A stretch of DNA of 63,248 nt, filler included, from Hausera hauseri (GCA_046269625.1; 12 parts of 12 records of this genome joined end to end with filler, not necessarily neighbours in it), one strand, 5' to 3'; numbered from the whole stretch's first letter, positions 34,086-47,832 are shown. Numbers and translations: made by a program. The notes: generated by a model not told the origin, from the sequence alone.

Positions 34086-35967
34086 TAGAGGGAAAATGGG
34101 GGTTCTCTCTCACCCCGGGGGGAGTAATTGATAAATTAAATTGCATATGTGCCAATCGATAGTGCACACTGTACACTATCGATTGGTAGTGTGTTAGCTG
34201 ACAATGCCCTTAGACACCGGTGCTACGCACATTTTTGCACATTTCACAAAATCGATAACTGCATAGTGCATTATTGATTAAATAGATCGGGATAAAATGC
34301 TAATCGATAGTGCACATCAGTTAGAATCGATTAGCCCACAGTGCAGGAGTGCAGCACATGTGCACGTGTGCAAAAATCAATAATATGGGATTTCCGATAA
34401 TTCCAATATTGATGATTAGGACACGGCACCGAGTGCAGTCAATAGCACACATGATGGACTGTGTCAATGTGCAGTTAGAATTTAAATATATTGATTGGTT
34501 TTCAAATAATTCCCAACTGAGGGAGAACCCGCATAGGCCTTTTCGCTATTAAATAAAAATCGATAATCAAATCCGGGGCAAGTAATTGTAGGTAGTACAC
34601 ACGGTGCACTACCAATATGGAAATAATCAATGTGGAGGTGCCCTTGGATAAGGTTGCCAAAGCACTTTTTCACTTTTCACATATTTGTCACTGCACAGCG
34701 TAGGATTGATGGAATCGATCGGTGTCAAGTGCAGGTAGATAGAGCACATCGATATGCACCTTGGTATATACTGCGCAGTGCAAAAGCAATAATATCGTAT
34801 TTACGATATTTTCAATATTGATGATTAGGACATGTGACTGGGTGCATTCAAACAAAAGCATGGTACAGTATATGAATGTGCAGTTAGAATTTAAATTTGT
34901 CGATTAGTTTTCGAATAATATCAATCCAAAGTGCAATTGAGGCAGACTTCCTATAGGCTTTCTAGGCCCTAAGGGAACAAAATTCGATATTATAATTAGC
35001 GGGAACAGATAGAAAGTCGACTATGGTGATGTCGAATCTCAAGTCAGGTATTTGAAATTAGAATATTTTAACATCGAATATCCAACTATTCGAAAAATCT
35101 AACAAAGGCATTCGATTCCTCATATATGAAAACCCCCTTATGCATAAAAATCATTCCACGAAAATGTACTATATAGATACAAAATCAATATTTTGAATTA
35201 AGCAATATGCGCATTTAAAGTCCAGTGAAGCGGAAATCGGTAAATCTAATAGCGGGGTAGGATAGGAAGTCGTGCATATTAAATTTTGAAATATAATGTT
35301 AGATATTCGAATTCGAGCTTACAAGTAGAATACTTAGCTATTCGAACTGAAATATTCGGTGAAGCATGCATTATTCGACGAATCTAATGAAATCATTCGA
35401 TTTCCCATGTAGGAAAACCTATTTGAATTTGCGCCGTCATGTGTTTAATTTAACTGATTCATTAAAACAAAAAGCGCATTAAAACCAATCACTAAGCGAG
35501 ACAGTACATGGTGATATGGCAATATATTTCATTATTTCCAAAATCACTTTAACGATAGGTGAGTTTTTTAATTGTGCTCCTCAAAATAATTGGTTGATTT
35601 TTAGATATGCAAATTTTACAGCAGATGTTTGGTTCAAATCCACGAGCCTAAAAACTGCCACAGTATAATAAACAAGTACTTTGGCCATCTATACAAAGGA
35701 TTCAGTATTATATATGCTTTACATGTGAGGTAGTGTGTCACATCAATTATTAAGACTTTTACAATGTCCATAAACAGCACATAATTTCCTTCAGCAAGTC
35801 GAAAAAACAAATATTCAGTGCAAATATGCAAATAACGACTTTTGAGTCAAAGGAAAATCAAAGATGCAGTTTATACGTGTATTGCACATGTGCAATACAC
35901 AACCCTCAGAACTGCAATAATACTATGAGGAGCTATTATTAATACAAATTTAACAGGATCTTCTATT
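34086..35967 (+). mobile_element. Palindrome-rich DNA element terminus, copy 1
   Basis: Collinear with the reverse complement of 42848-44606; starts TAGAGGGAAAA and truncates the mariner. Confidence 0.8.
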
Positions 35968-36441
35968 NNNNNNNNNNNNNNNNNNNNNNNNNNNNNNNNN
36001 NNNNNNNNNNNTTAATTAATTAANNNNNNNNNNNNNNNNNNNNNNNNNNNNNNNNNNNNNNNNNNNNCCAAATACTAAATATACAAATGAGTTGCAACAA
36101 TATTACGATAGTAATAAAGTAACATCTACAAAAGTATTAACAGCACTGAGCGGAAATGAGATAAATATAAAATGACCTTATAGAAAAGTTACTACGGGAC
36201 CAATAACAACTCTAAGACCGTCACGAACGACGTATACTCATTCAAGGTTGGAAATAATACTAATATGCACCATAACCCCCATAATAATAGCATTATGTAT
36301 ATTACTGATTGTAAGGTTAATTCTGTACTTACGAAAACGTGGCAGAACAAATTGGGTTAGAATTGACATGCGACGTATAGCAAATATCTTGGATACAGAT
36401 AATCCAAGTTGACGATGGTTTCAGCGGATTGTTGTCGATGC

Positions 36442-36533
36442 TGTGGTGCCCACAGCAGCCGGTGCCCTTTGGCCCATTTGGTTGGGCACGGCCGGGCGTC
36501 GGCTGCCGCCGCGTTGGGCCCATAGGTGGGCCC
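36442..36533 (+). other. Conserved GC-rich structured motif, copy 2
   Basis: Homologous to 2878-2970 on the minus strand. Confidence 0.85.
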
Positions 36534-36548
36534 CCGATCTCTCGCCTC

Positions 36549-36672
36549 ATGAAAGTCATGCGAAACATTCGTCAGATGAACTGCAGTCACAATAGAATTG
36601 TTCACGTCGATGCGTCCGTTTTTGACTGCAGGCATTTATTGCAGTTGATCAATTTTAATTGGAATAAAATGG
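36549..36672 (+). pseudogene. Leucine-rich repeat fragment
   Basis: IRQMNCSHNRIVHVDASVFDCRHLLQLINFNWNKM fits LxxLxLxxNxI....F. Confidence 0.65.
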
Positions 36673-37619
36673 TTCCGGTCAAGCGTTCAAATCGATCTAC
36701 TGCTGACAAGAGACCATCATGGTTAAACTCTGAATCTCCTCCATCAAGTCCAATCGCAGCTGATAAAAAGAACATCTGTAAATCTAAGAAATCCAAAAAT
36801 GGAACATCTAAAATTTGACTCGCATAATTCGCAGAAAAATTGCATCAAAACTGCTAATGACACCAACCAAAGCTTTTACTAAGTCACTGTGCTTCAAATT
36901 AAATGGACGAAAATGGACCAATTGTTAGAAGTCAACGGCGGGTATTTTCCTTTAAATCAGATCCAACTAAAACGGACATCAGAAATTACTTCATTCGTGA
37001 AAGTTTAAAGGACAAATATTCCCCAAAACGACAACAAAAGTGGTAGATTATCATCGCCATCCAACACGCGAAGAGTACCAACTAGCGAGAAAAATGAAAA
37101 TGTAAAATTTAACGGAAAAAATTTAGCAGCATTAAATGGTAGCAAACCGGAAACCAAAGAGTTGAATGCCAGCAGACGTAATACTTTTCCCATAGACTTA
37201 TCAATTCAGATGAATGGTCTGTTAAAGCAATTCGATGATCTTGAACAAGACATGAAAAGTCCAACAATAACTGAGTACTCCATACCATGTAGCTCTACTC
37301 ACAATCACCACTGTTGTTTGTGCTGTGATTATCTACAACAACCCAGCCATAGCCGATACTCCTTGCAAGGAACCGAAGAATTTAATGGCAACAAAATTCT
37401 CTTTCAAATTACAACAACAGATCATCCAAAATATCTTGACTCCTCAGAAAATCTTTCCAAATCTCGCATCCAGGAAGTAATGAGTGATATGGCAAAAACA
37501 AAGAGAAGCATATCAACAATAACCAACTCCGAAAGGAATACATCTTTTCTGAAGAAACGAATCTTTGAATTAGAATCAAGATTGGACATTTTGTATCGAG
37601 CATTAATCACGTGATAAAT

Positions 37620-37948
37620 CAGAACACAAAATCTAATTTTATTTTCAAAAAAAGTACTGAAAGCCAATGTACTGATATTGAAAGGCAACTCGATTTATTG
37701 AAAAAATCATTATCAAGCATCAATGGTATTGCATAATGAAGTCATTCATTGTTCCTATATATGATATTGTAGAATTTCTATAAAATGTCGTATTTTTCAA
37801 ATGCAGATTTTTTGAACATTTGAAATTTCATGATGTATTAAAATTAAATAACAATGAATTGAAATACATATCAAATAATCTGTTTTCCTCGTTGAAATCA
37901 TTGAGATATCTGGATTTGACCTCGAATAAAATAACTGTTGTAGAGTAA
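37620..37948 (+). pseudogene. Second leucine-rich repeat fragment
   Basis: VLKLNNNELKYISNNLFSSLKSLRYLDLTSNKITVV, followed by AATAAA signals; not in the ORF track. Confidence 0.75.
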
Positions 37949-38169
37949 TAAAAATTTTTGTTTTAATAAAAAAATAAAGTTTAACGCGTTTGAATTGAAT
38001 TTGTTTATCTTACGCAATTTTTTTTCAACAAATTCGTATTCCGTTTATTTTTAGAAGGCGACTGTGGATAATGTACTAATTTGTTCATCAAACCACACTA
38101 TACATATATTCCTATGGATTTTTGTTTTTATAGAATATTTATTTTGGTTTCCGTCCATAACGCCAAATA

Positions 38170-39524
38170 ATGTGTACATCTGATGATTCGGAATTTCACT
38201 TTCACGACAGTTATATTATTCATATTTTCAAATGAATGCGAAACAGCAGCTACAATGAATCGACATTATCCAGCAAGAAATTTGAAATATCACGAATCAG
38301 TGGGATTTGTGAGAAATTATTCGCCAGGGATTACGTTCTGCAATTAATCGGTAACAAAAATGGTTCCCTTTGTGCCTATTATCCACCGACAATTATCATC
38401 CGTATTAGAAAAGTGAGAAGGACACAGGGGTTCATGTGCAATTCATGTCACGGAACAGCATTTTTATGAAATTTATTTACAATTCTATCAATGCACGATG
38501 TAGTCAATTTCGGGTGCCCACATTGAGTTTTAAAAAGAATTTCCTCTGTCGACCAAGTACGTTAAGTGGAACATTTGAAATTTACGGACGGCAGTGTATC
38601 TCATCGTTGTTCGGTACGTCAAATGAATTCGGGATTCCGTCGACATCTGGAAAGGAAACATTCGATAAATTACGTGGGGATGATAAAAATTTATTGAAAA
38701 ATATTCAGATAAAATATATTTTCGATTTTATACTGGAAAATAAGAAAATGATGTTCGGATTACCAGTTAATTCATCTGAAAGGGTAGGTCGACACAATCG
38801 ATACAAAGATTTCGAAATCATCAGTTTACCGTATCCAGGATGTGAATTTTTCAACGATTGGCAATTGACAAATTACGACCTGACTGGGGCGATGTTTGAA
38901 TGGGATAAAGTGGAAATTAATTCTCGACTCAGTAGAAATTTGTCGGCGACTCAAGCAATGACGATAAATATCAATTGGGCACAGTATATGACTTGGGATT
39001 TGACAGAATTGACAACGAATTATCTGAAATTGATTTTGGGAATTATGATTGAAGATAACTGTGGTATCCTCATACACTATATATCTGGCTGGGACCGAAC
39101 TCCGTTATTTGTCAGAATCATCAGATGTATATTGTGGGCAGATGGGTTATTGCATCAGTCTCTGAATCCATCTGAAATACTCTATCTTACTCTTGCATAT
39201 GATTGGTTCTTATTTGGTCATCAAGTTAAACAGCGGCTTGAAGCTGTAGAAGAAATGTTGATATTTGCTGTTGCATACCTCCGTCACGCATCAACAGACC
39301 CGACAACATCAGTTCGCCATATATACGGTGATTTCATTGAAGCGTTCTGTTCTCACTTGACCCGATCAAGTAGTGATACCGCACTCAATACTAAAGACCC
39401 AAATTATATATTTCGGGAAATTTTTGGTTCAAGCCCATTTGAAAGCCTTTTTGAAATGTTAACCGATTGCGGTACTGATATGTGTCAAATTATCGATACG
39501 ACTCTAATAGAAACAATGAAGTGA
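38170..39524 (+). pseudogene. MTMR14: Myotubularin-related protein 14 (Jumpy/EDTP) copy, frameshifted, catalytic Cys to Tyr
   Basis: LFARDY..NGSLCAYYP, LPYPGCEFF, HYISGWDRTPLF (normally HCISGWDR) and LAYDWFLFGH. Confidence 0.92.
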
Positions 39525-39589
39525 AAGTTATGTATAATAGTGGTATTATACCAAACAGTGTAGACTGATCAAGAAGGGGACACGGAGAT

Positions 39590-39945
39590 ATAGTGATGGA
39601 TAAAAGGACACAGGAAAAAGTATGGAAATTTAGGAAAACGGAAAATTTCCAGGAAGTATCCTTCAACGGAATGGAGGAAAGTGGGAACGATACGCAGATC
39701 TTCACGCTAGAAGAAATATTTGTCGAACAGATATATAGGAAGTTTAGTGGCCTACCAGGAATCAAATTAAAGATACAAGACAGATGAGAATATTGTTTAT
39801 TGGACACAGGGGCCAATGTAAACGTCACAAGCAAGAAGACCGTGGATAAACTTGCAAAAACACACACATAGAGGAATCAAATATTACACAACGATGTGCA
39901 AAAAACAGCCCCCTAGATTGCCTGGGCACACTGAAAATAGACGTA
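39590..39945 (+). pseudogene. Gypsy gag-end/aspartic protease remnant
   Basis: LPGIKLKI..CLLDTGANVNV (DTG at 39803), then NSPLDCLGTLKI. Confidence 0.8.
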
Positions 39946-40149
39946 GAAATGAAAGGTGACTCTCTCAAAGCGAATATAGTTGCCCAGACTCAGCAGGCAC
40001 AGGAAGTTATAGAAAAAAACATCCCCAGGCTGAAAGCTGCACTTGAGGAACATGGGATGTCCATCGAAGATCTTCTGGTTTCTATCCAGTCTGACTCAGT
40101 AGAAGATTACAGCCAACAGCAACACAATCATTTTCAGGATCATGTCTGA
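39921..40149 (+). other. fliK: Bacterial flagellar hook-length control protein C-terminal domain fragment
   Basis: LG.LKIDVEMKGDSLKANIVAQTQQAQEVIEKNIPRLKAALEEHGMSIEDLLVS plus a Q-rich tail fits the FliK C-terminal pattern. Confidence 0.7.
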
Positions 40150-40335
40150 AAGGGTGCCATTTCATGGGTGTAGTTCTGGAAGTTTCCATTACCATAGCAC
40201 TGCCTGATAACTGTTTTCTGTTCTATACAACAGGTTGCAGAGTCAGGGTCGGGGTAACTGTTAAGTAACCAGAGTCAGAAGCACTAGAAATAAAGAGTCC
40301 CAGTAAAAAATGGTGTGTCTGTTCAACAACAATGT

Positions 40336-40501
40336 CAGGGCTGTAGAGTCACAATCAAGGAGTCACAGTAATTTTTGGATGGCCAGAATCGCAACCAGAG
40401 TCATAGATCAGAGTCAGTTATGAGTAGCCAGTATCTGAGTCAGAGACATCAGAAATAAGGAAGCTGGTGGTGAAATATCAACTCCTGACTCTGTTGCCCT
40501 G
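40336..40501. mobile_element. Decayed GAGTC-repeat MITE
   Basis: Imperfect TIRs CAGGGCTGTAGAGTC ... GACTCTGTTGCCCTG with internal GAGTC repeats; a second partial copy near 40230. Confidence 0.55.
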
Positions 40502-41120
40502 GGTTACAGTCAAACAAAGCTGATACCATCATTTCTTCTTTGATCTTATGATCTGTGTGACGTCATAATCTGTGTGACACGCGGAAAAAAGTATGAATTT
40601 AGATCTATCTGGAGGAAGCAGGAATGAATAGATCTCTGAATGAATAGAAATCTAAACGTTCAGGTGTACTCATCCGTACTTAGATCTTAGGATATCTAGA
40701 TGATACATGTACTACTAGAGATCATGGGAAGTTCAGGTATCTTAATGAGACAGGAACTGAGAGATACAACGATGTTCTAATACCTTAATGTGAGAGAGGC
40801 TGTTACAGATTATGTGATGTTCAGATATCTGAATGAGTGCGGTAGATGACATTAGATAATTGGATGCTCAGGAATCTAAATGACTAAGGTGTGATATTTG
40901 TATTAGAGTAACGGGATGATTAAGGATTGAGTCCAAGGTGTGCGCCACTCTTTAGTTTTCCATATTTTATTACAAATCTGTGTCAGGATTTCAATCATTG
41001 ACTCTCCTCCAGCCTGGATANNNNNNNNNNNNNNNNNNNNNNNNNNNNNNNNNNNNNNNNNNNNTTAATTAATTAANNNNNNNNNNNNNNNNNNNNNNNN
41101 NNNNNNNNNNNNNNNNNNNN

Positions 41121-42847
41121 GATTCTTGCGGTTTTTTAACCACTGTAGTGGTTTATGATCAGTGTAAATAACAATAGGTTTGGTTTCCGATAAATATTGG
41201 TCATCTAACGTATAAACTATTGCAAGTAATTCACGTTCGATTGTTGAATAGTTCTCTTCATGTTTTTTTAATTTTCTTCCTTCAAACAATATAGGATGTT
41301 CTTGTCCTTGATCATCCTTTTGTGATAAGACAACTCCGATTCCAATTTTACTTGCGTCCGTTGCTAAGAAATATGGTTTCGACATATCGGAGTACGCTAA
41401 TATAGGTGGGGCTAATATATTATCTTTCAATTGTTGATAAGCCTTTTGACATTCTTGAGTCAAAACAAGTTTAGAATTTTCCTGTAATAATGAATGTAAC
41501 GGTGAAGCTATCTATTGGTAATTTTTAACAAATTTTCGATAGTAGCTTGTGAGGCCAAGAAACTTCGGGACTCCCTTAAGCGTCTTTGGTACCGGAAAAT
41601 CTTGGATTTTATTTATTTTTCAAATCTGAGGACTAATGCCTTTTCGACTTGCCGTGTGACCCAAAAAGTCTACTTTTGTTGGAGCAAAACAGCATTTTTA
41701 TTCCAAGTAATGCACACCTCCCCAACATATCTTTAAGATGTTCTTTATGTTGCTTATAATCGATTGATGCAATTATTACATTGTCTGCCTAACACATTAT
41801 ATGTGGAGCATCCATCGTATTTATGTCCATGGCCGTTTGAAATGTTCCTGGGGCATTTTTCATTCCGAGTGCCATGCGGTTAAATTCATAATGTCCGTCA
41901 GCAATTACGAAAGCTGTCTTTTATTTATCCTCTTCTTGAACTTCTATTTGCCAGAATCCTTTTTGTAAATCTAACGTAGTGAATAACGTCTTATCCTTCA
42001 ATTTATCCAATATTTCGTCGATTCTGGGTAGCGGATAAGTGTTGTCTATAGTTATTTCGTTCAAGGCACGGTAATCCACACAAATTCTAATTGACCCATC
42101 TTTCTTTTGTACCATTACAATTTGAGCTAACCATGGCGAATTGCTTGGTCGGATTATATCATGTTGTTTCATCTCGGCTATTATTTCTTTTGCCTCTTCT
42201 CTTTTATCATAATTAAGCCTATACGGTCTCTTTTCGATGGGAGTCTCCATTCCTTGTTTTAATTTAATGCCATGTTTGATGACTGATATTATTCCCATAT
42301 CATATTCATCTATTGCGAATACATTTTCATATTGGTGTAATATTTTTATTATACCTTCCTTTTCTGCACCTGTCAATAGACTTTCTTTACCAAATAGATC
42401 ATAGTCATTCCAATTGATGGGAGTTTTAACAAATTTTGTTATTTTCTTATTTTTGTTGAGATGGCTTTTTAATTTATTTATTGGTTCATTTTCTAATCGT
42501 ATTCCGCTTTCTGTTCATGTTTTACGTCGCTGTTTTTCCCTGAATTCTGACAACTACTGTACAGTAGAAATAATAGCTTCCTTTGCATTATTGCCTATAT
42601 CTTTTACGATATATATAGGCAATTCGTGTGCCTTTTCTCAATAGTTTTGGTTTGTTTGAAGTATTGGCTATCCGAACAATTACTTGTTGTTCTCGAATAT
42701 TGTCTATCGTATGAGCAATCCATAATTCATCCTTATTTATAAAGTTTACATTTGGTTTGATGTATACATCTCCTTTATCTCGGCCTTCTACTAGAGCTTT
42801 GGGCACAATCTATGTTCTAGATGGTATTAACACATCTTCCTTAATGG
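41121..42847 (-). mobile_element. Ty3/gypsy pol remnant (RT, RNase H)
   Basis: IIRPSNSPW, RICVDYRALN, YPLPRID, LDLQKGFWQ, TDASKIGIG, ERELLAIV and TDHKPL. Confidence 0.95.
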
Positions 42848-44606
42848 ATACACATATGAACTACATCTTTGATTTTCCTTTGGCAGGAAAGTCGTTATAG
42901 GCATATTGGTACTGAATATTTGTTTTTCCGACTTGGTGAAAGAAATCCAGTGCTATTTATAGACATTGTAAAAATCTTCATAATTGGTTTGACACACTAC
43001 TTCACATGTAGGGCATATATAATACTGAACCCGGTTGTATAGATGACCAAAAGTACTTCTTCATAATACTGTGGCAATTTTCATTCTCTGTAAAGATTGC
43101 ACATCTAAAAATCAACCAACTATTTTGAGGAGCACAATTAAAAATCTCACCATTCGTTGAAATGATTTTGGAAGTAATGAAATATATTACCATTTCAACA
43201 TATACTGCCTCTCTTATTGATTGGTTTTAATGCACTTTTGTTTTAATGCATCAATTAAATTAAATACATGTCGGTGCCAAATTTAAAGTTTTCGACCATG
43301 GGGAATGGAATGACGTCATTAGTTTCTTCGAATAATGCATGCTTGATCGAATATTCTAGTTCGAATAGCTAAGTATTCAACTCGGAAGCTCGAATTCGAA
43401 TAGCTAACATCATATTCCAGTTCAACATACGTGACTTTTTATCCCGGCCCTCTTATGGATTTATTGATTTCCGCATCACTGGGCTTTAAATGCACATTTT
43501 GCTTAGTTCGAAATATTGATTTTGTATCTATATAGTACATTTTCATGAAATAATTTTTATGGATAAGGGGGCTTTCATATATGAGGAATCGATTGCCGCT
43601 GTTAGATTTTTCGAATAGTTCGATTGCCATAGATTGCCATACTCGATTTTCTATCTATCCCCGCTAATTATAATATCGAATTTTGCTCCCTTGAGGCCTA
43701 AAAGGCCTATGGGGAATCTGTCCCAGTTGCACTTTGGATGGATATTATTCGACATCTATTAGATAAATTTAAATTCTAATTGCACATTCATATACTGCAT
43801 TATGTTTGTGTTTGAATGCACCCAGTCACATGTCCTAATAATCAATATTGGAAATATCTGAAATCCGATATTATTGATTTTTGCACACTTGTACATGTGT
43901 TTTTGCACTGTACAGTATATATCAAGGTGCACCTCGATGTGCTCTACCTACGTACACTTGACCCCGATCGATTCCATTATTCCTACGCTGCACAGTGACC
44001 ACTATGTGAAAAGTGAAAAAGTGTCTTGGCAACCGTATCCAAGAGCATCTCCGCCTTGAGTATTGCACTGAACCATAGTACATCAAGTACTCTACCCGTC
44101 AGTATATGTGCCATATTGATATTATTTATTTTCATTTCATAGCGGAAAGGCCGATTGTAAGTCTGCCTCAGTTGGCAATTATTCGAAGACCAATCAATAT
44201 ATTTAAATTCTAACTGCACATTCACATAATGCATCGTGTGTGTTTTCTATTGCACGCAGCGCCGGGTACTAATCGTCGATATTGGGATTATCGGAAATCT
44301 TATATTATTGGTTTTTTCACACTTGTGCGTGTGCAGCACATCTGCGCAGTGCACTAATCGATGTGCACTGAAGTGCACTATCGATTATCACTTTTCCCGA
44401 TCGATTCGATCAATTGTGTAATGTGCAGCGACCGATTTGTGAAAAGTGCAAAAATGTGCATAGCAAAGGTGCGTAGCGGCACCGTCGCCTAGCACACTAT
44501 TAATCGATAGTGCATAGTGTGCATTATCGATTGCCACATGTGAAAATTGATTTATCGATTACTCCTCCCCCCGGGGTGGGACAGAACATACATTTTTTCC
44601 CTACTA
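42848..44606 (-). mobile_element. Palindrome-rich DNA element terminus, copy 2
   Basis: Reverse complement of 34086-35883; terminus TAGTAGGGAAAA. Confidence 0.8.
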
Positions 44607-46377
44607 CCAACGTCGCATGTTATTTGTGCTTTTGCTTCATCTTCTAGCAGAAGATTATATTCAACTGGTATCTTGACTTGGTTCTGATGTTATCATTATG
44701 GAAACACCTTTATCAATAATACTCACAAATGAAACAATTTTGTCATAGATTACATGAGCGTTGAACGATGTATCAAACGTGTAACAGTTTGGTTTGTGGC
44801 ACTGTAAAAGACGATTAATTCATTTCATCCTGTTTGAATATACGGAAAATGATGTAGGATACTGCACTAATTAGGGAAATATTCAAATAGTAGCCAATGA
44901 ATTTTTATAAAATCTGGCAGTAACACAATACACATCATGTTGATTATTTGTCACAAATCATAAAGTTAAATTGGCTTCCATGCTGAAGTTTCAAATTGGT
45001 AACGGATTGTTAGAACCATTATGACAAGTTGGGTAATTCGGCCAATATCCATTTGTATATATTTCGTTCATTGCGGTCCACTAGTCAGAGGTTAATCCAT
45101 TCGATTCTTTTGATTCTCTAGAATAGCAAATGCGTTTGTTATCATATGTTCCTTCATTAATAATCTTGTCGTTCTTTAAATATCCTGTACCAATATTTAC
45201 GATCGGTTCGACAGTCGATCTCTACATCATAAGATCTTCTCAAACTACCGCACCTCGCGTCAATTCGTTCACTGGATACCTCACATTCCCACAATCCGAA
45301 TTCTCTGAACAATTCACCCAGACCAACTTTTATGTTACCATTCACTCCTTTCGGTTTAATTTTCGAGTTTATTCGACCATTTTCCAGGTTGTTCATCTTT
45401 TAGATAAAGGGCTCAAATGTATCCTTCTGAGCATTCTTTGACTCGACAGTTTCAAACATCACAATTCGAGGCAAATGTTACACTTTCATTATGAAAATCT
45501 TTTTAACATTGTAATTTTTTCTCATGTAATCTCTTAAAACATTTTTATATCCGATCGGAAGACGTTCAGACCTCTCACACGATTTTCATTTTCCACTTTT
45601 ACAAGCTCATGCACCACTCCTAAGCGCTGAATATTTCTGTTAATTTTCATCTAACAATTTTTCCCAAAAAGGCACAACAGAACAGTTTTGCTCCAATTAT
45701 GAGAAATATAGTCTTCCTCCAGGACTTTAACACATATTTTTAGGTGAAACTTATTAACATCGGCAGTGATATTTGATTTCGGCTCAATTATATGGATGAG
45801 TTTCAAAAATGAAGCTCTATTGTTCTCGTAACCATTCTGATCAGTCGTAAGTGGCGTGAAAATGCCGATTCTGGCACAGCAATCCCCATTCCCTCCCCGA
45901 ACTTCCAGTCATGTGGTAGCTTGCGCAATTTTGCACGGATTTGCGCACTTCCAGTCTTTTTTGGTCAATTTTGCATAATTTCCGTCAAATTTTACGCAAT
46001 TTTGGCCACGTCACACGCGAATTTTACGCAATTTTGTCATGAAAATTGCACAGTACATGACGTTCTCACGTGACAATTTAAAAAAAATCCACAAATATGC
46101 TCAGAAGATTGCACAATCGACATTAAATTAAAAGTGTCTTTTTGGAATTGCATGAGAACCAGAAACATTTTACCGTTTTCTATTCGGAATTGAGATCAGC
46201 TCATCGGAGCGGTTCTAAAGGTCTATATAGTGGTCGGTAATATGGGTAACTGGCTCAGAAAACTGTATGCCGATTCTGGCACAGTTCCGGTTTTTCAATG
46301 AAAATGGCCCGAAATTCAATATATCAGCCCATATGAGTCACACAAAGTTCGTTGAGATGTCGTTCTATGCAGCTCAA

Positions 46378-47832
46378 TTAACCCTATTGGGTTAGAAGTT
46401 GCAAATTTGCAAGTTATTTAGAATTTAATAACAGTTTGCAGTCATCTAGTTTTACCCTACGTGTGTTTCTATGTCTATGGACATGTGTTGCATCATTTCA
46501 ACAGTTCTTTGCTGCCAAATTCTGTGCTCAGCTTGTCACATTTGTTGATCAGCTGACGCCATGTGAATGTTTGCTTTCTCAGTAGATAATGCGTACACGT
46601 TGACGACTTCTATCTGATCTCAGGGTTCGTAAATTTTATTTTTCATTAGCTAAAATGATGAATAAATGACGTTAGACGAAGAATCATTCATTAGTTGTGA
46701 AAGAATTTTATATTTATAAGCGCTGGATAGGCGATAAAAGTTATGTTACAAATTTGCAACACTTGGCTCATAAGGCAACATATGGCCATATAAGTGAACA
46801 TGTATACCGTTCAAACTAGTTATTATGCAGATTATACTATGTGTGATGTGTGTAGTCAATAATGTACACATGATGCAGAGAAATTTTAATGTTGCTTTAT
46901 TAATTCTGCTTGTTTATGTTTTCCGATTCGCTAGACAGAGTTTCGATGAGTTCAAGAAAGCATTATAGTATAGGTGAAGTTTTGGATCTTCTTTATATTC
47001 CAGATGGCACAGTATCAGATGATGAAGAAGATGCACATGAATGTGATGATACTGGAAAATCGGATAAAGATTTTATGCCAGAGACATCGAATGCACAGTT
47101 GAGTGCAGAGTCAGAATCAGAAAATGAAGAATCCAGACTCCATCGTTGTGGAACAAGATTCGTAGTGGAGGTATAGAGTCGTGGGGATGTTGAAGTAAGC
47201 AGTGAAGCATGTGATTTTGAAAATGATGCTTCACATGACGATAGTGACATCAGTACTCCTCATGCAGTAGCTAAAAAGGCTTATCGTTGAAGTGGTCGAG
47301 GAAATGACTAGAGAAGTGGAGCAGATTTGGAATTTTGTGAGCAGCCATTCTCTCAACCACCAAATGCCACATGTGCATACGAATATTTGGAATGTTTTAT
47401 GATCGAGGGATGTCTGAACACACTTCTAAACAAACTGATATCTATGCATACCAGCAGAAAGGAATAGCCCTGCGATCTTTAGAATGCCAAGGTGCAGAAT
47501 ATACTGGTCTCCGACTTGTCGTATCAGTAACATTGCAGATATGATGTACAGGACACGATATGACAATCTACGAACTTTTATTCATATGAACGAAGAGGAA
47601 GGATGAAGATGGTTACGATCCTCGTTTTAAAGTTCGTCAATTGATTGACCAGTTTCGTCAGGATTGCTTTAACATTGAGCCAGAACCTTTGCAGTCTACT
47701 GAAGAACAAATGATACTCTTCAAGAGTAGAAATGGAATGAAACAATGTACAAAGAGCAAACATCATAAGTGGGGCATAAACGTTTTCACCACATATTGTG
47801 TATCAGGATTAGTGTATGATTTTCTGGTGTGA
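46378..47832 (+). mobile_element. piggyBac element: left end and decayed transposase
   Basis: TTAA followed by CCCT, a TTGCAAATTTGCAA subterminal palindrome, an acidic N-terminus, and FKVRQLI..EEQMILFKSR..KQ..SKHHKWG..SGLVYDF. Confidence 0.9.

Noticed and set aside
44610-46370. Further DNA-transposon remnant with repeated ATGCCGATTCTGGCACAG
   Set aside because: Probably TE-derived, but no family motif or boundaries could be supported.
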